Shown here piece after piece: positions 13,710 to 26,640 of a stretch of DNA of 49,257 nucleotides (positions within the stretch are counted from its first letter, which is position 1; the number at the start of each line of letters is the position of its first letter). A model generated the notes under the pieces. It saw only the letters and a program-made list of their open reading frames with translations. It was not told the origin of the DNA and did no database searches. Source of the DNA: Ranitomeya imitator (taxonomy: Eukaryota). The translations under genes and the position numbers were made by a program. The DNA is taken from assembly GCF_032444005.1 (NCBI RefSeq), contig NC_091289.1, positions 172,808,744-172,858,000 of the forward strand, in the 5' to 3' direction.

Positions 13710-14205
13710 AGGAGCAATCCTCATCCTCTAAAATTTTTTATCCTCAATATATCGCAGTCATCATATTATACAGCACTGTGTACATACAATTGCTCATTTT
13801 GCCTTTCTACCCAGATAATTCTTCTCTTTCTCTGCAAGAAGAAAAGAGGAAGTCTCTAGTCCCTGCATTTCTTCTTTTTTTTCCATTAACTCTGTCACAT
13901 CATGTGATTAAAAACTGACTAGCTGAATCCTTCTAAGCTCTTTGTAGAAACAGGAGGTCAATTTTCTCTGTATGAGTCATAGGTCACTGCAAAAGTCCCT
14001 GGTAAGGGGAGAATCTTGATCAGGAAGGGAAGAGGGGAATGATAAATGCAGGGACAAGAGACTTCCTGTTTCTACATAGAGCAAACAAGAATTAGCTGGG
14101 TAAAAAGGCAAAATTAACCATTGTGTGTACACAGCGCTGTATAACATGATGGCTGCAGTATATTAAGAGGATAAAAATCTTGATGGGAGGAGGAGAAGTG
14201 CTTCT
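13710..14205. mobile_element. TTAA-flanked Kolobok/T2-type MITE with long (~160 bp) imperfect TIRs
   Basis: TTAA at 13706-13709 and 14206-14209; arms are reverse complements (e.g. CATTTTGCCTTTCTACCCAG vs CTGGGTAAAAAGGCAAAATT). Confidence 0.7.
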
Positions 14206-14402
14206 TTAAAGTCCCGTAGAAACCACTTTAAAGGGAACCCGTCAGCAGGATTGTGCACAGTAACCTACAGTGTCAGGTCGGCGCCGTTATACTGATTACA
14301 ATTATACCTGTTGATGAAATCCATCTTGTGGTTGTTGTTTAATCTTTATTTTCAGCTTTGTGTTAATGATATGCTCGTGCACCAGGGTGGGCCTGCAGGG
14401 GG

Positions 14403-15029
14403 GTTCACAACACAGCTAACACTAGGGGGCGCCCTAGCTCGCCCTGCTCCCCAGGATGATTCAGATTGCAAAGATGCCAGGGCCTCCGCCCTTGCCTTAT
14501 CTCCTGAGTTATCCCTCTGACTGTTCTCTTCCCGCACCCAGGGAAGAGGGGACGGTACTCTGCACTATAGTACACCAACCGACAAGGCAACACAGACAAG
14601 GGTTAACAGAAAACTCCAGGCATACAAAATATTCACTCACATGTAACAGAGGAATGCACCGGGGAGTGCAGGAAAGGGGGAAAAAAACGAAATAGGGAAG
14701 GATAAGGAATTACCACGCATATAAACAAAGCAACAGTCTCCAATAACTCCTCCAACTCTCCTCATACCAACTCTTTTCCCTCCATTTGCCATGCAGCAAA
14801 TGCTATCTCTGACAAGGATTAGTAACAGAGCCCAGATTATAAAAGGGAAAAGCCGCTAACCGAGCTCAACTGAGCACAGGGATTTCCAACATGGCCGATT
14901 AACCCCTGTTCTGCCAGAAGGAATAAACACATTTAATATGACGGAGATGTGAATCTTCTCAGTGCCGGAGTAGAAGCAATCAGACGCTGCGGTTCTCTGA
15001 CTCCACACTGTTGCGGTAACCCCATGAGA
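14403..15029. mobile_element. Probable degenerate solo LTR inside the MITE arm
   Basis: Cleanly interrupts the left TIR at a G run; degenerate termini (..TTCACAAC / CCCCATGAGA); composition resembles the LTR at 18272-19006. Confidence 0.5.
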
Positions 15030-15332
15030 GGGGGGTCTTCATGTGGTGCTCTGATTAGGTATTCATAATGCAGACTGCTGACAGATCACTGATTCCTCAC
15101 TGTCCGGCCCCCGTAGTTTACATAATGAATATCAATACATACTGAGGAAAAACACAAAAATCGCTTCTGTAGGCAGGTGCCGGCCATGTCACCTGCGCTG
15201 CAGCATAGTCGCATGTTTAGTGTCCAGTTAATAAGTATTCTTAATGTTATTGAGCAAGTTTAAAAAAAAAAAATCAATATGAAAATGGCACTTGCCGCTC
15301 CTGCGCAGTGGCAGCTATCTGTGTGGCTAGAG

Positions 15333-15578
15333 ATTATTATTATTATACATTTTTATAGCGCCATTTATTCTATGGCGCTTTACATGTGAATACGGGGCAA
15401 ATAGACAAATACATTAAACATGAGCAGATAACAAGGCACACGAGTACATAAGGAGGGAGGACCCTGCCCGCGAGGGCTCACAGTCTGCAGGGGGTGGGTG
15501 AGGATACACTAGGAGAGGGAAGAGCTGGCTGTGCGGCTGTTCAGTAGGTTGAGGATCACTGCAGGCTGTAGGCTTGTC
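15333..15578 (-). mobile_element. L2-type LINE 3' end fragment
   Basis: (ATT)n tail followed by TTTTATAGCGCCATTTATT, similar to the L2 3' end at 28831. Confidence 0.6.
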
Positions 15579-16680
15579 CTACAGATCCGATCCTACAGAT
15601 CCGATAGATACTATTGCACAGGGCCGCTGGTGCCATCTTGCTGGAGAATAAAAAAAAAAAAAATCCTCCTCCAAGATAGCGCCGCCCACGCCTGTGCAAT
15701 AGCGGCTCTCGGAGATCGCAGAGAGGGATCAGTGACCTGTGAGAAGCCATATATATGAATACCTAATCAGAGCACCACATGAAGACCCCCACAGGCCGCC
15801 CCGGGGGCACGAGCATATCATTAACTCAAAGCTGGAAATAAGGATTAGAAAACAACCACAAGATGGATTTCATCAACAAAGGAATCATTGTAATCAGTAT
15901 AACGTCGCCGACCTGACACTGTCTGTAGGTTACTGTGCACAATCCTGCTGACAGGTTCCCTTTAAATTGTAAAGATCATATTTAAAAAAAAAAAAGTAAA
16001 ATAGTCACTGCATTGAGAATTAATCAGGCTTCTGTGGCACAACATGCTGGCTTGTATAAAGTCTCTCCATAGACTCCTTAGAAAATGTCACAGATCTGGC
16101 ACAGTTCTCTAATATTGGAACTAATTAGTCAGAGGGAAGAGCCGGATCGTCTACAGTGAGTGATCGTGGAATCTCAGTGTTGTGTGAAATATGACATCTG
16201 CAACATATGTTCCCGGCCTGCTACAATGGAACACATCTTCTTAGACTCCACAGGAAAAAAGAGAGATCACTCCACTAAGCTAATTTATTTCAGATCTAAA
16301 ATACAAAAACTGAAACTCACATTATATCACATTGGTGGGTAATTAATTTTCCCGAGGGTCCACATGAGAGACCATGACTGTTGTGGAGGGCCGAACCAAT
16401 AGGCTGAAATTAAGCTCAATATTAATATCAACATATAATTATTAACATAATTATAATATTGATCACTCAATATTGAGCAGAATTAAGTATGCCGCCATTA
16501 CCCTATATACTGTTTGAACCCGAATACAGCCTCTATCGTATGAGGCCCACACAGCCTCCCCATGGCTAGCATTTGTGCCCCACACAGCCTCCCTATGTCC
16601 AGCATATGCATGGTCCCCTCATCCCTATCCTGGGGTTCGTGGCCCCCTCATCCCTCTCCTGGCAGGAATGATCGTCCTTA

Positions 16681-17068
16681 GGGTATGTGTCCACGTGCAG
16701 TAAATGCTGCGTGTTTGATGCTGCATAGAGCCGCAGCGTCAGACACGCAGGGTCCAGATGTTACAGCATAGTGGAGGGGATTTAATGAAATCCCGTCTCC
16801 ACTATGCGTGGTAACACGCACGCGGCGGCCCTGCGACTCCGGACATGCTGCGCGTCTTTTCAGATCGCAGCATGTCCGTATATCTTGCGGCGACGCTCCG
16901 TCGCCGCAAGATATAGCACAGGACCCTATGCGATGGGTGCGATTATGCCGGATGTGTGCTGTGAACACATCCGGCATCATCGCGTCCCAGAAGGGAGCGG
17001 AGCTTAGCGCAGAGCGGCAAAGCCGCGCCGACGATACCGCCGGCCATCCTGATCGTGGACACGCAGCC
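16681..17068. mobile_element. PIF/Harbinger-type MITE
   Basis: TTA TSD 16678-16680 and 17069-17071; TIR GGGTATGTGTCCACG / CGTGGACACGCAGCC. Confidence 0.75.
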
Positions 17069-17913
17069 TTATCCTTATCCTGGTATGCAGGGCCCCATCT
17101 CGTCATAGTAGGCATGGCCCCATCCCAATTTTGGCATGATTGACCCCCATCCCGGTACTGATATGCATGGCCCCGTCCTTAGAATTGGCCCCCATCCTGG
17201 TATGCATGGCCCTATCAGAAAACATGGCTCCAAACCTCAGTCTCATCCAGAGCGAGTAGTGCGGCCTCTTTTCCATTTTCATGGTCTGATATCACAAATG
17301 CTTTGCTGGACGGAAGTCATGTATCAAAAATTACCGCACACTCTGAACTGGTATGATGCAAAAGATATTCAACAAATTTACTTAAGATAACAAAAAAAAG
17401 GTTGCCACAGAAAAATACGTGCATATAGAAAACGTTTCGACCCTCCCGGATCTTAGGCTTAGGCACCCATTGACAGCAATGTGATTTTTCTCTGTAGTGC
17501 ATCGCTAGCGCATGCCATTTTCGGCACGCACAAGCGATGTGCCGTTATTTTGTGACGGACCTCGGACGCTGCTTGCCGCGTCCGAGGTCCGTTCCTCGCT
17601 AACGGGAACGGCAAACGCGAACCCTATAGATACATTGCGTTAGCGCAATTCGCTTAACGGATTGCCCGAACGCAATGTGAACCTAGCCTTACTCATGGGG
17701 TTACTTGGTTTCCGAGTAGATAAGTATAGGTGGCAAAAGTAGAGGACAAGTGGACAATCCCCTTAATGCACATTCTGTCACTTAGCATGGAACGAAGAGG
17801 GGGCATCCGTGTCCCTGGTAAATGTCTGATGGCCGTCACATCAGTGGTAGGCTTGTAGTGTTCTGTCTCCTGGATAGGCAGCACTCCCGCGCCCTGCTTG
17901 GTCGTGTTGACCT

Positions 17914-19266
17914 GATCCTCAGACCCCTTGTGAGACCATATGCTGGTGCAGTTGGCCCTGGGTTCCTCCTAATGCAGGACAATACCAGACCTCATGTGGC
18001 TGGAGCGTGTCAGCAGTTCCTGCAAGATGAAGGAATTGAAACTATGGACTGGCCCGCCCGTTCCCCAGACCCGAATCTGATTGAGCACATTTGGGACATC
18101 ATGTCTCACTCCATCCACCAATGTCACGTTGCACCACAGCCTGTCCAGGAGTTGGCGGATGCTTTAGTCCAGGTCTGGGAGGAGATCCCTCAGGAGACCA
18201 TCTGCTGCCTCATCAGGAGCATGCCCAGGCGTTGTAGGGAGATCATACATACAGGCACGTGGAGGCTACACTGTCATGATTCCAATGGCAGGGAATCACA
18301 AAAGGACAAGCACCAACGAGCTCTAGGGTGATGGAACCTGAGCTGACCGCGACCCTAAACCTGAACACACAAATAACAATAGCCGGGGAACGTGCCTACG
18401 TTGATCCTAGACGTCTCGCACCAGCCGAAGATCTAACTTCCCCTATTAGGAGAAACACAGACCTCTCTTGCCTCCAGAGAAATACCCCACAGAAATAGCA
18501 GCCCCCCACATATAATGACGGTGAATTGAGAGGAAGGCACATACACAGTATGAAAACAGATTCAGCAAAATGAGGCCCGCTAAAACTAGATAGCAGAGGA
18601 TACAAAAGTAAACTGCGCGGTCAGCAAAAAACCCTTCAAAAAACCATCCTGCAATTACTTGAACTCATGTTCCAACTCATGGAACATAAGGAGCAATTAC
18701 AGCCCACTAGAGCAACCAGCAGCAAAGAAACAATTATATGCAAGCTGGACAAGACAAAAATAAAGCAAAACGTGGAACAAGAAAATCAAAAACTTAGCTT
18801 GTCCTGAAGATTACTGAAGCCAGAAGCTGAGGTAACAAAAACACTCTGATAACCTTGATAGCCGGCGGGGAAATGACAAGAAAGCCCGGTTAAATAGGAA
18901 ACTCCCAAATCCTAATAGAACAGGTGGACACCAGAGACAGCAGAACACAAATCACCCAGTACCATCAGTAACCACCAGAGGGAGCCCAAAAACAGAACTC
19001 ACAACACTACACACACTACTGAGCATCATTTCCTTGCCTTGAGGCATTTCCACTGAAGTTGGATCAGCCTGTAATTTGATTTTCCACTTTGATTTTGAGT
19101 ATCATTCCAAATCTAGACCTCCATGGGATATTCATTTTGATTTACATTGATCATTTTTTATTGTTCAACACATTCCACTATATAATGAATACAAATTTGC
19201 AACTGAAATATTTCATTCAGTGATATCTAGGATGTGGTAATTGAGTGTTCCTTTTTTTGAGCAGTG
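17914..19266 (+). mobile_element. 5'-truncated Tc1/mariner (DD34E) transposon remnant, interrupted by a solo LTR
   Basis: ORF 17822-18331 has LMQDNTRPH...WPARSPDPNLIEHIW (catalytic D and E motifs); the C-terminus GGYTHY* is reconstituted across the LTR; right end ...TTTTTTTGAGCAGTG followed by TA. Confidence 0.92.
18272..19006. mobile_element. Solo LTR (735 bp) with 6-bp TSD CTACAC
   Basis: TGTCATGA...CTCACAACA termini; CTACAC at 18266-18271 and 19007-19012; removing it restores the Tc1 reading frame. Confidence 0.85.
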
Positions 19267-20497
19267 TATTTTCCCAGTCACAGAGAGATGGACACCATTG
19301 CTAAAGTGGATGTATCATGTAACCCAAGCTTCTCCCACCTTATTCCTGGAGGCGCCAGTGAACCTTCTGAGCATTTTGCTTCCAAAACTGTTTTAAAATC
19401 ATAGACCACATTATAGCAGCATGTGTTTATTACAGAAGACAAGGTATAATTAACATGGAAACCACTTCCCATTATGTAACCAGAACATGATCATCACAAG
19501 CTTATGCCATCTTATACACACCCGTCCATGTTAGAGCTATACATTTTCAGACAGTCAGGCCGCATACAGCAAAGTTCGGCGCTCAGCTACTTCACTGGCC
19601 CTGAAGACCGTCAATGTAGTAGCACCGCAGCTAGTGAGATCCATTTTGCAATCATATACGTGTGTGCGCGTGTTTGGGATCCCTCCTGAGAACCAAGGTG
19701 CCACAGTGCTGGAAACCTGTGCAGAAAACTACAGCAGAGAGCACGTTAGAGCGAGTGGTCAAAAATGCAGCCTCTTCTTTCCCAGAGTGCAGACCTCCAG
19801 CTATCATTAAACGATGCAAATACTCCTTTACATCTTTTTTCTACTTTTCCACCTTCGAGTAACCAGTCCAGGTCATAAAGTCTGATTATTTAATTTCTCA
19901 CAGTAACTTCGCCTATAAGTAGAGCTGGTGTGAATGAATTTGCAGGACCGTGTGAGTAATCTGTGCCTGTTGGACAAGAGACCTGAGAACCACGTCTTAC
20001 TTGCCGGCATCTGCAGCTTTTTTTTTTTTTTTTTTTTTTATTATTTGATTAGTCAGCCTGATGCACTATGTCCCGCCAGGACTTCTGGTGGAAAACAAAA
20101 ATACCCATATTCATAAGTACATCAGCCACAAATGGTCCGCTGCGAAAGCAGACTGAAAACAAGATACGCCTCAACGAGACTTACAAATTCTGTTGAGCCA
20201 AGTTTAATTTTGCCATTTTCTTCAGATAAACTTGGGCAACAATTGGAAAAAGTATTAACATGCAAATGGTTGCAGAAATTTCTATGACTGAGCAGTTCCA
20301 TACATATTAATTGTGTCGGTTCTGCAGTACGTGCAAGGATTTCTGTAAGCCCTAGCACAATCCTAGAAATTGCTGTGTGTGAATAAAGCCTCAACGCTCC
20401 CAAATTTTTTTTTCTTAAAGGGAGTGACACCACAGAATGACTGCTCGATCCAAATGAAGGCATTCTGTGCTGACACTCAAAATTTATAAAAAAAAAA

Positions 20498-23400
20498 TTT
20501 TTTGTGTACTCACCGTAAAATCCTTTTCTCCAAGCCACTCATTGGGGGACACAGGACCATGGGTGTATGCTGCTGCCACGAGGAGGCGGACACTAAATAC
20601 AAAAAAGGTTAATGACCGGGCTACAAATTGAGGTACCTTGGCATTGAACCCGGAAGCCATCAAGTCTACGTCCGAAGTACCCCAACAATGGCAAATCTGT
20701 TGGAATATGTCCTGATGGAGAGACCATTCTCCTGAGGTGAGACCTTGCCGGCTGAGGAAATCTGCGGCCCAATTCTCCACTCCTTGAATGTGAACTGCCG
20801 ATATGACCGAAAGGTTGTTTTCAGCCCAGCGAAGGATGTGCTATACCTCGCGCATTGCAGCTCTGCTGCAGGTTCCTCCTTGATTGTTTATATAAGCCAC
20901 AGCCGTGGCATTGTCCGACTGGATACGGATGGGGTGGCCTGCTAGGAGATGATGGAACCGCTTTAGGGATAGCCGAATCGCATGTATCTCCAGGATATTA
21001 ATGGGAAGGCAAGACTCGTGATGAGTCCAAGTTCCCTGCGCAGTGTGATGGCAAAAAACCACACCCAGCCTAGGAGGCTGGTGTTGGTAGTGACTACCAG
21101 CCAATGGACTGGGAGGAAAGACCTCCCTTGGAGGAGAGAGGATCGTAGCATCCACCATTGGAGTGACTGCTTGACCCGAGGAGAGAGGACACAGTCGGTC
21201 GAGGGAAAAGGGACTCCCGTCCCATGTGTCCAGCAGAGCATGCTGTAGGGCAGAGGTGCAGTTGCGCAAATGGAATTGCCTCCATTGCGGCCATCATCTT
21301 CCCGAGAATACTCATGCCGAAACGGACGGAACAAGGGGACGGCTGAAGAAGCTTCCAGACCCCCTGGTGAAGAGCCAGGACCTTGTCCCGAGGAAGAAGC
21401 ACCAACCCTAGGGAGGTGTCCAGGGTCATGCCTAGAAAGGAAATCCGTTGAGCTGGAACAGGAGATGACTTTTTAAGTTGATCAACCAGCCCAACCGAGA
21501 AAGAGTATCCAAGGAAATGCAGACGCACTCCTCGCAGGCTCGGAAAGATGGGCCTTTGACCAGTAAGTCGTCTAGGTAAGGAAGACCCCGAGAATGCAGA
21601 ATGGCCATGACATCCACCATGATCTTTGCAAAAACTCTGGGGGCGGTGGCAAGGCCGAAGGGCAAGGCCATGATTTGAAAACGTTCTCAGACGGCGAAGC
21701 GAAGGAGCCTTTGATGAGGTGGGAAGATTGGGATGTGGAGGTACGCATCCCAGATGTCGATGGATGCTAAGAATTTGCCTTGTTCCATCGAGGCAATGAC
21801 GGAGCGGAGAGATTCCATCCTGAAATGACGGACTTTGACAAATCTGTTCAAGAGCTTTAGGTCCAGGATGGGCCTTACCGTTCCATTCTTTTTGGGGACC
21901 ATAAACAGATTTAAATAAAAGCCACAGAACCTTTCATCCTCTGGGACAGGGACAATCACTCCGTCTTGTCGGAGCGACTGAATGGCCTTGGAAAGAGCCA
22001 GAGCGTGCATTGCCGCCTCAGGAGGGCGGGAAGCGAAAAACCGGGTTGGAGGGGGGGGGGGGGGGGGAATCGATTTTGCAACCGGAGGACACCAGATCCC
22101 TGACCCACTCGTCGTGAACGACTGAGAACCAGACATGAAACAAGAGAAGGCGTCCGCCTACTTTGCTGGTGTCGTCCAGAAGAGACTGCGAGTCATTTAG
22201 AGGAAGACGGTTGGGGTCTGGATCCCCTGGACCTAGACTGTGTGGAGTGGCCCCTCCACGAATGGTTGGGCCTTTATGGAGCCTGAGGGCTTTTGTTTCT
22301 GCCGGCGCAGCACCCCGAGCCAGGGGAATTAGCTGAGGAATGCCATGCATAAGATCCACGAAGGAGCCGAAAACGAGCCTGCGGCTGTCGTCGGAACGGT
22401 TGTCTGAACCTCTGCTGGGGAAGTACTTTTTTCCCCCGTAGTGTCTGAAATTAGTTTGTCCAGCTTTTCGCCAAATAGACGGCCCCCGATATATGGCAGA
22501 GATGTGATGGACTTTTTAGAGACGGAGTCCGCTCATCAATTCCTCAGGCATAGCGCCCTTCTAATCGCCACAGCGTTTGAAGCCGTAAGTGCAGAGCAGT
22601 TCGCCGCGTCCAGGGAAGCGTTTACTAAGTAATCGCCCGCCAGGGAAATTTGATTTCCTAGCTCCGCTAAGTCAGAAGGAAGATCACTGCTTTGTAAGGC
22701 CTTGTGCAGGGAGTCTGCCCAAGAAGTCACGGCTTTAGCTACCCAGGTAGCAGCGAAGGAGGGAAAGAGTGCCGAGCCTGAAGCCTCGAAAGCTGAGTGG
22801 GCGAGACTGTCAACTAGGCGGTCTGTGGGATCTGCTAGAAGATCCGTCCGGCACGGATAGGACAGTTTTAGAGGACAAAAGTGAGACAGGAGGATCAGCA
22901 GGAAGGGATTCTGTCCATTGTTTCCAGAGATCAGGAGAAAAAGGATATTTAGACTCCAGAGATCTCTGGCCCTGAAAGCGTTTGTCTGGACGCTCCCTAT
23001 GCCGCTGGACTATGTCTTGGAACTCTGAGTGATTGGCAAACACCCTGTGAGTGCGTTTGGTCCTTTTAAAAAATATCGAATTATCCGTACTGGAGGTCAC
23101 CGGTTCTTCAACAACCTGAAGGGACTGGTTGACGGCCTCGATGAGACTATCTATAGTGCTCTGATAACCTGGCGACTCCAGATCTAGAGGCCCATCAGAC
23201 TCAGGATCAGAGTCCTGGTCGGATGAGGTGCCTGGGGAGCGAGAGCGGGAAGCGGAGCTAACGGACGCCGAGGCACCAGAGGGCCGAGCCACGGACGCGC
23301 TTCCTAGATGGCCGCTTGTGCCTAGAGTGAGAGCGGCCCTTGCAGGCTGAAGATTCCGCAGCCGTAGGGCAAACGTCCTGAATAAGTGGATTAGTGGTCC

Positions 23401-24589
23401 TGCTCCTGGTTGGATCCTGGAGGGACTCGATAGCTTTAGTCAAAGAAGCCATAGATTGCGAAAGTGACAAAACCCACTCAGGGGGACTGGTCACCACAGG
23501 CTCCTTTGCGGCGGGGGGCTCCTGAGCGCATTTAGGGTCCCAAGCGTTACAGAGCGGAGCAGTATGGCCGCTTGGTAGCACAGCCTGACAGGAGGTGCAA
23601 GAAGTGAAGAACAATGTTTTTGCAGACTTTTTGGGTTTATGCAGAGACATGTCAGCTAACCTCCATGCAGGGCTGTGGGGTATCTGTGCAGCTAGTGAGG
23701 GGAGCACCGTGTACAGGAGTAGGAGGGCCTGTGTCAGTGTGCAGCGCACCTATCCAGGTCCTGTGTCCGGATGCCATGCAGACCGGAGAGGGACTCCTTG
23801 ATTTGATGGCACTCTGAGGCTCCTGAGAGACACCAGGAGCGCTCTCTTCCGTCCAAGATGGCCGCCGAGAGTTTAGAAGCGCTGAAGCGGTGGGTGGGGC
23901 CTCACGTGTGACGGGCGGAGCGTAGCCTAGCTAAGGCCGAAGCCGGGGACTAAATTAGCAGTGCCCGGACGCGAAATGTGGCCAAGCCCGCGGTGCGGTG
24001 CGCTTGGCGCCCCCCCCCCCCCCTACCCTATCAAACTCACCGCTTGTGGACCTCTTCAGGTGAGGAACGAGGGAAGGTGCAGTCAACCTTAATCCACCAC
24101 CCTCTTGATGAGGGGGTGGAGAGGGACTGAGGAGCTCCATGCAGCATCACTGTTCCACAGTGGTGGTGCAGAGGGAGGGCGGATGGACTGTGCTCAGTGA
24201 AAGTGCCTCTGTGTATCCTAAGGGTTCGCTCCCCTAAGATTTCACAGGGTTAGGTCACGGCCAAACATCCCACGTCGCAGGAAAGGATACGGGAAGTTAA
24301 CTCGCTGTGCTCACCTGTTGGTGTTTCGGGGGGAGATCGGCCCCCTTAAAAGGGTCCGTCGTCCCCTTCGTCCTCTTGCGCAAAGATAAAAAAATGAAAC
24401 GTTTGGAAAAATTCAGACGCAGTATGCCTCCTACAGACACTAAGCAAGAACTGGTATTATCCGGAGCCAGTGGGCGGTGTATACTGCAGAAGAGGAGGTA
24501 ACCTTTTTTGTATTTACTTAGTGTCAGCCTCCAAGTGGCAGCAGCATACACCCACGGTCCTGTGTCCCCCAATGTGGCGATGGAGAAAA
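20498..24589 (-). mobile_element. DIRS1-type retrotransposon, degenerate; tyrosine recombinase region deleted
   Basis: ~90-bp ITRs (20524-20611 and 24499-24589; TTGGGGGACACAGGACC.TGGGTGTATGCTGCTGCCAC) plus a right-end extension; gag from ATG 23650 (LAP2alpha-like); RT motifs RPILDLK, LPFGL, YLDD; RNase H VTT(N)TSLLGW, INILE, QSDN; MT-like VDLMAS. Multiple frameshifts. Confidence 0.92.
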
Positions 24590-24901
24590 AATATATATAG
24601 TTTTAGCAACACATTAATGACACTGCAAATACATATTCATGCTGCAAATTAAGCAGCATGCCAGCTACCCCTCCTCAATATTTCACCACACTTTGACATA
24701 GGCTATCCAGTATTAAAATTCATTCAAGTAACTAAAACTCAGCTGCAATACCAGTCACAGCCCACAGTATAGGGGCAGGCCCTTTTTCTAACCATGCACA
24801 TCCCCCTATAAGGACATTTTTCCAGTCTCAGATTTGTCTCCTTATACCCTTTGCATAATTTCAGGGGGGAAAAAAATTAAATAAAACATTGAAACAAGTG
24901 T

Positions 24902-24907
24902 TTTATT
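24902..24907 (-). terminator. Candidate btf3l4 polyadenylation signal AATAAA
   Basis: TTTATT on plus, ~355 nt downstream of the btf3l4 stop. Confidence 0.55.
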
Positions 24908-25260
24908 TCTACTGAAAGGAGACGGAGGACAAGAAGTGTTACTGGAGCTTTCTGCTCACCAAATGGCACTGCAGGGCAGACACCAAACGTTGCGTTTTCG
25001 TTTTTTTATGTTTTTTTCAGTCTCTCCAAAAAAAAAGAAAAAAAATGGCAAGTCCTGGGAGGAAAGTGCAAAACGCAAAATAACAGCAAGAAAAATGCTG
25101 CAGTAGCATTGTTAAAATACAAAATATTTATATTATGGATCTATTAACACATGATGTTTCATGGGAAAACTTTGGAACCACACAGCCGTTTTTTTTTCTT
25201 TTAGGATTTTTTTGTTGAAATCAAGTCCATGTTATCTTCCAAAAGTTTGCAACAAGTTTC

Positions 25261-25307
25261 TCAATTTGCTTCATTTTTTGATGCTTCATCAAAATTCTCT
25301 ACAAGTT
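25261..25307 (-). CDS. btf3l4: btf3l4 last coding exon: (E)LVENFDEASKNEAN*
   Basis: Acceptor TTTACAG|AA; phase matches the previous exon; TGA at 25263-25261; matches the recalled BTF3L4 C-terminus. Confidence 0.95.
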
Positions 25308-26508
25308 CTGTAAAGGGGAAAAAAAAAAAAAAAAGTTAATTTAAGAAAAAATAAACAATCATTATTGGACAGGTATTTGGTAATCACATGCCTGTTTCTG
25401 CCCAGCGCAGAGGTCACGGACCTCTTACAGGCTATTCTGCTGCTTGCATGGAAATCATGTCAAACAGCAGCTTCTCTTCCTCTCTGATGGGTCTTCACTG
25501 CCAATGTCATAGCGATTGGCACCTGGCTCCCTGCTGCACAGCTGCGGGGAGCTGGCTGTCAATCAGCATGACACTGGAAGTAACGCCCTGACTACTGAGC
25601 AGCCCAGAAGAATTGTTCTGTGAGCAGCTGAAATCACCAGTAGGAGCAGTCAGTGACTGCTTTGCGCCAGCACCAGGTAGAACAGGCAGGTAGTTGCCAA
25701 CTTTTTTTTTTTTTTTTTTTTTTTTTTTAACTAGGAGCCTAGTTTAGTCCTGGATAACCTCCATGAAGGTGAAGCCAAAACAGAGAAGCCATTAGCCGCT
25801 GAGGTTTTGCGATTGTTTCACCAGTAGTCACTTGATTTTGAAGGGAAAGATCTTTCATCTGCAAAGCCACAGGTCTTTAGAAATGAATAATATGAGCGGC
25901 AGGGGGAAACCGGCCAGACAGGACGGGGAATTCGGCAGAACCAGGAGGGGCGAGGGAAAACAGGGAGGGTTTACCCTGAGGGACTGGGAATGGAGGAATG
26001 AACACATGATAAATCCCAGGTACTGGGGCTTGGGAATTTACTATAGCGAATACAGAAATAAGAAACAAAGAAACAGACACAGAATAAGCCTTTTCAATCA
26101 AATAAAAATTTAAAGAATTGTATGACCCGTTTTGGGAACAAGTATAGTTTTTTTCAAGCTGTGAAATAGCAGAAATCTCATGTGACGTTTTTACAGTCAA
26201 ATTTTATTACCACTGTATCTTGAAAAGGATTTTCACTGTAAAAACTTACCCCAAAATCATGAAAATTTATCACAATGTAATGTGCACAAGTATCTATAAT
26301 TGGTTCTTACAGGAACGCCTGTTTTAGGCCGGTTCACATATCAAAGGTTCTCCTGACAAACTCTACAGACTCCTACATGATTATGAATATATCGAGCCCG
26401 GGTCAGCAGATCTGCGGCTGATCCATGTAAAAACTGACGCACAGATCAATCTGGTGCTTTATGTCATGAACACTATTTCCATAGAGCTTTAGACAAAACG
26501 TTACTTAC

Positions 26509-26568
26509 CCGGGACATCGTCATCCTCCTCTTCTATGTCCTCGGGTTTCGGTGCCTTACAATCCAATA
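26509..26568 (-). CDS. btf3l4: btf3l4 coding exon: (V)LDCKAPKPEDIEEEDDDVP
   Basis: TTTTATAG| acceptor, G|GTAAGT donor, 60 nt, phase 1/1. Confidence 0.95.
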
Positions 26569-26640
26569 CTATAAAACAATTATAGAAGAGACAAATAATC
26601 AGCTACAATCACCTTGCAAAAGAGTCTTATTGAAATCTAA

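Larger units (their letters stand above)
14233..15961. mobile_element. TTAA-flanked Kolobok/T2-type MITE with nested insertions
   Basis: TTAA 14229-14232 and 15962-15965; termini AGGGAACCCGTCAGCAGGATTGTGCACAGTAACCTACAG and its reverse complement; TIR >200 bp once the insert at ~14403-15029 is removed. Confidence 0.85.
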
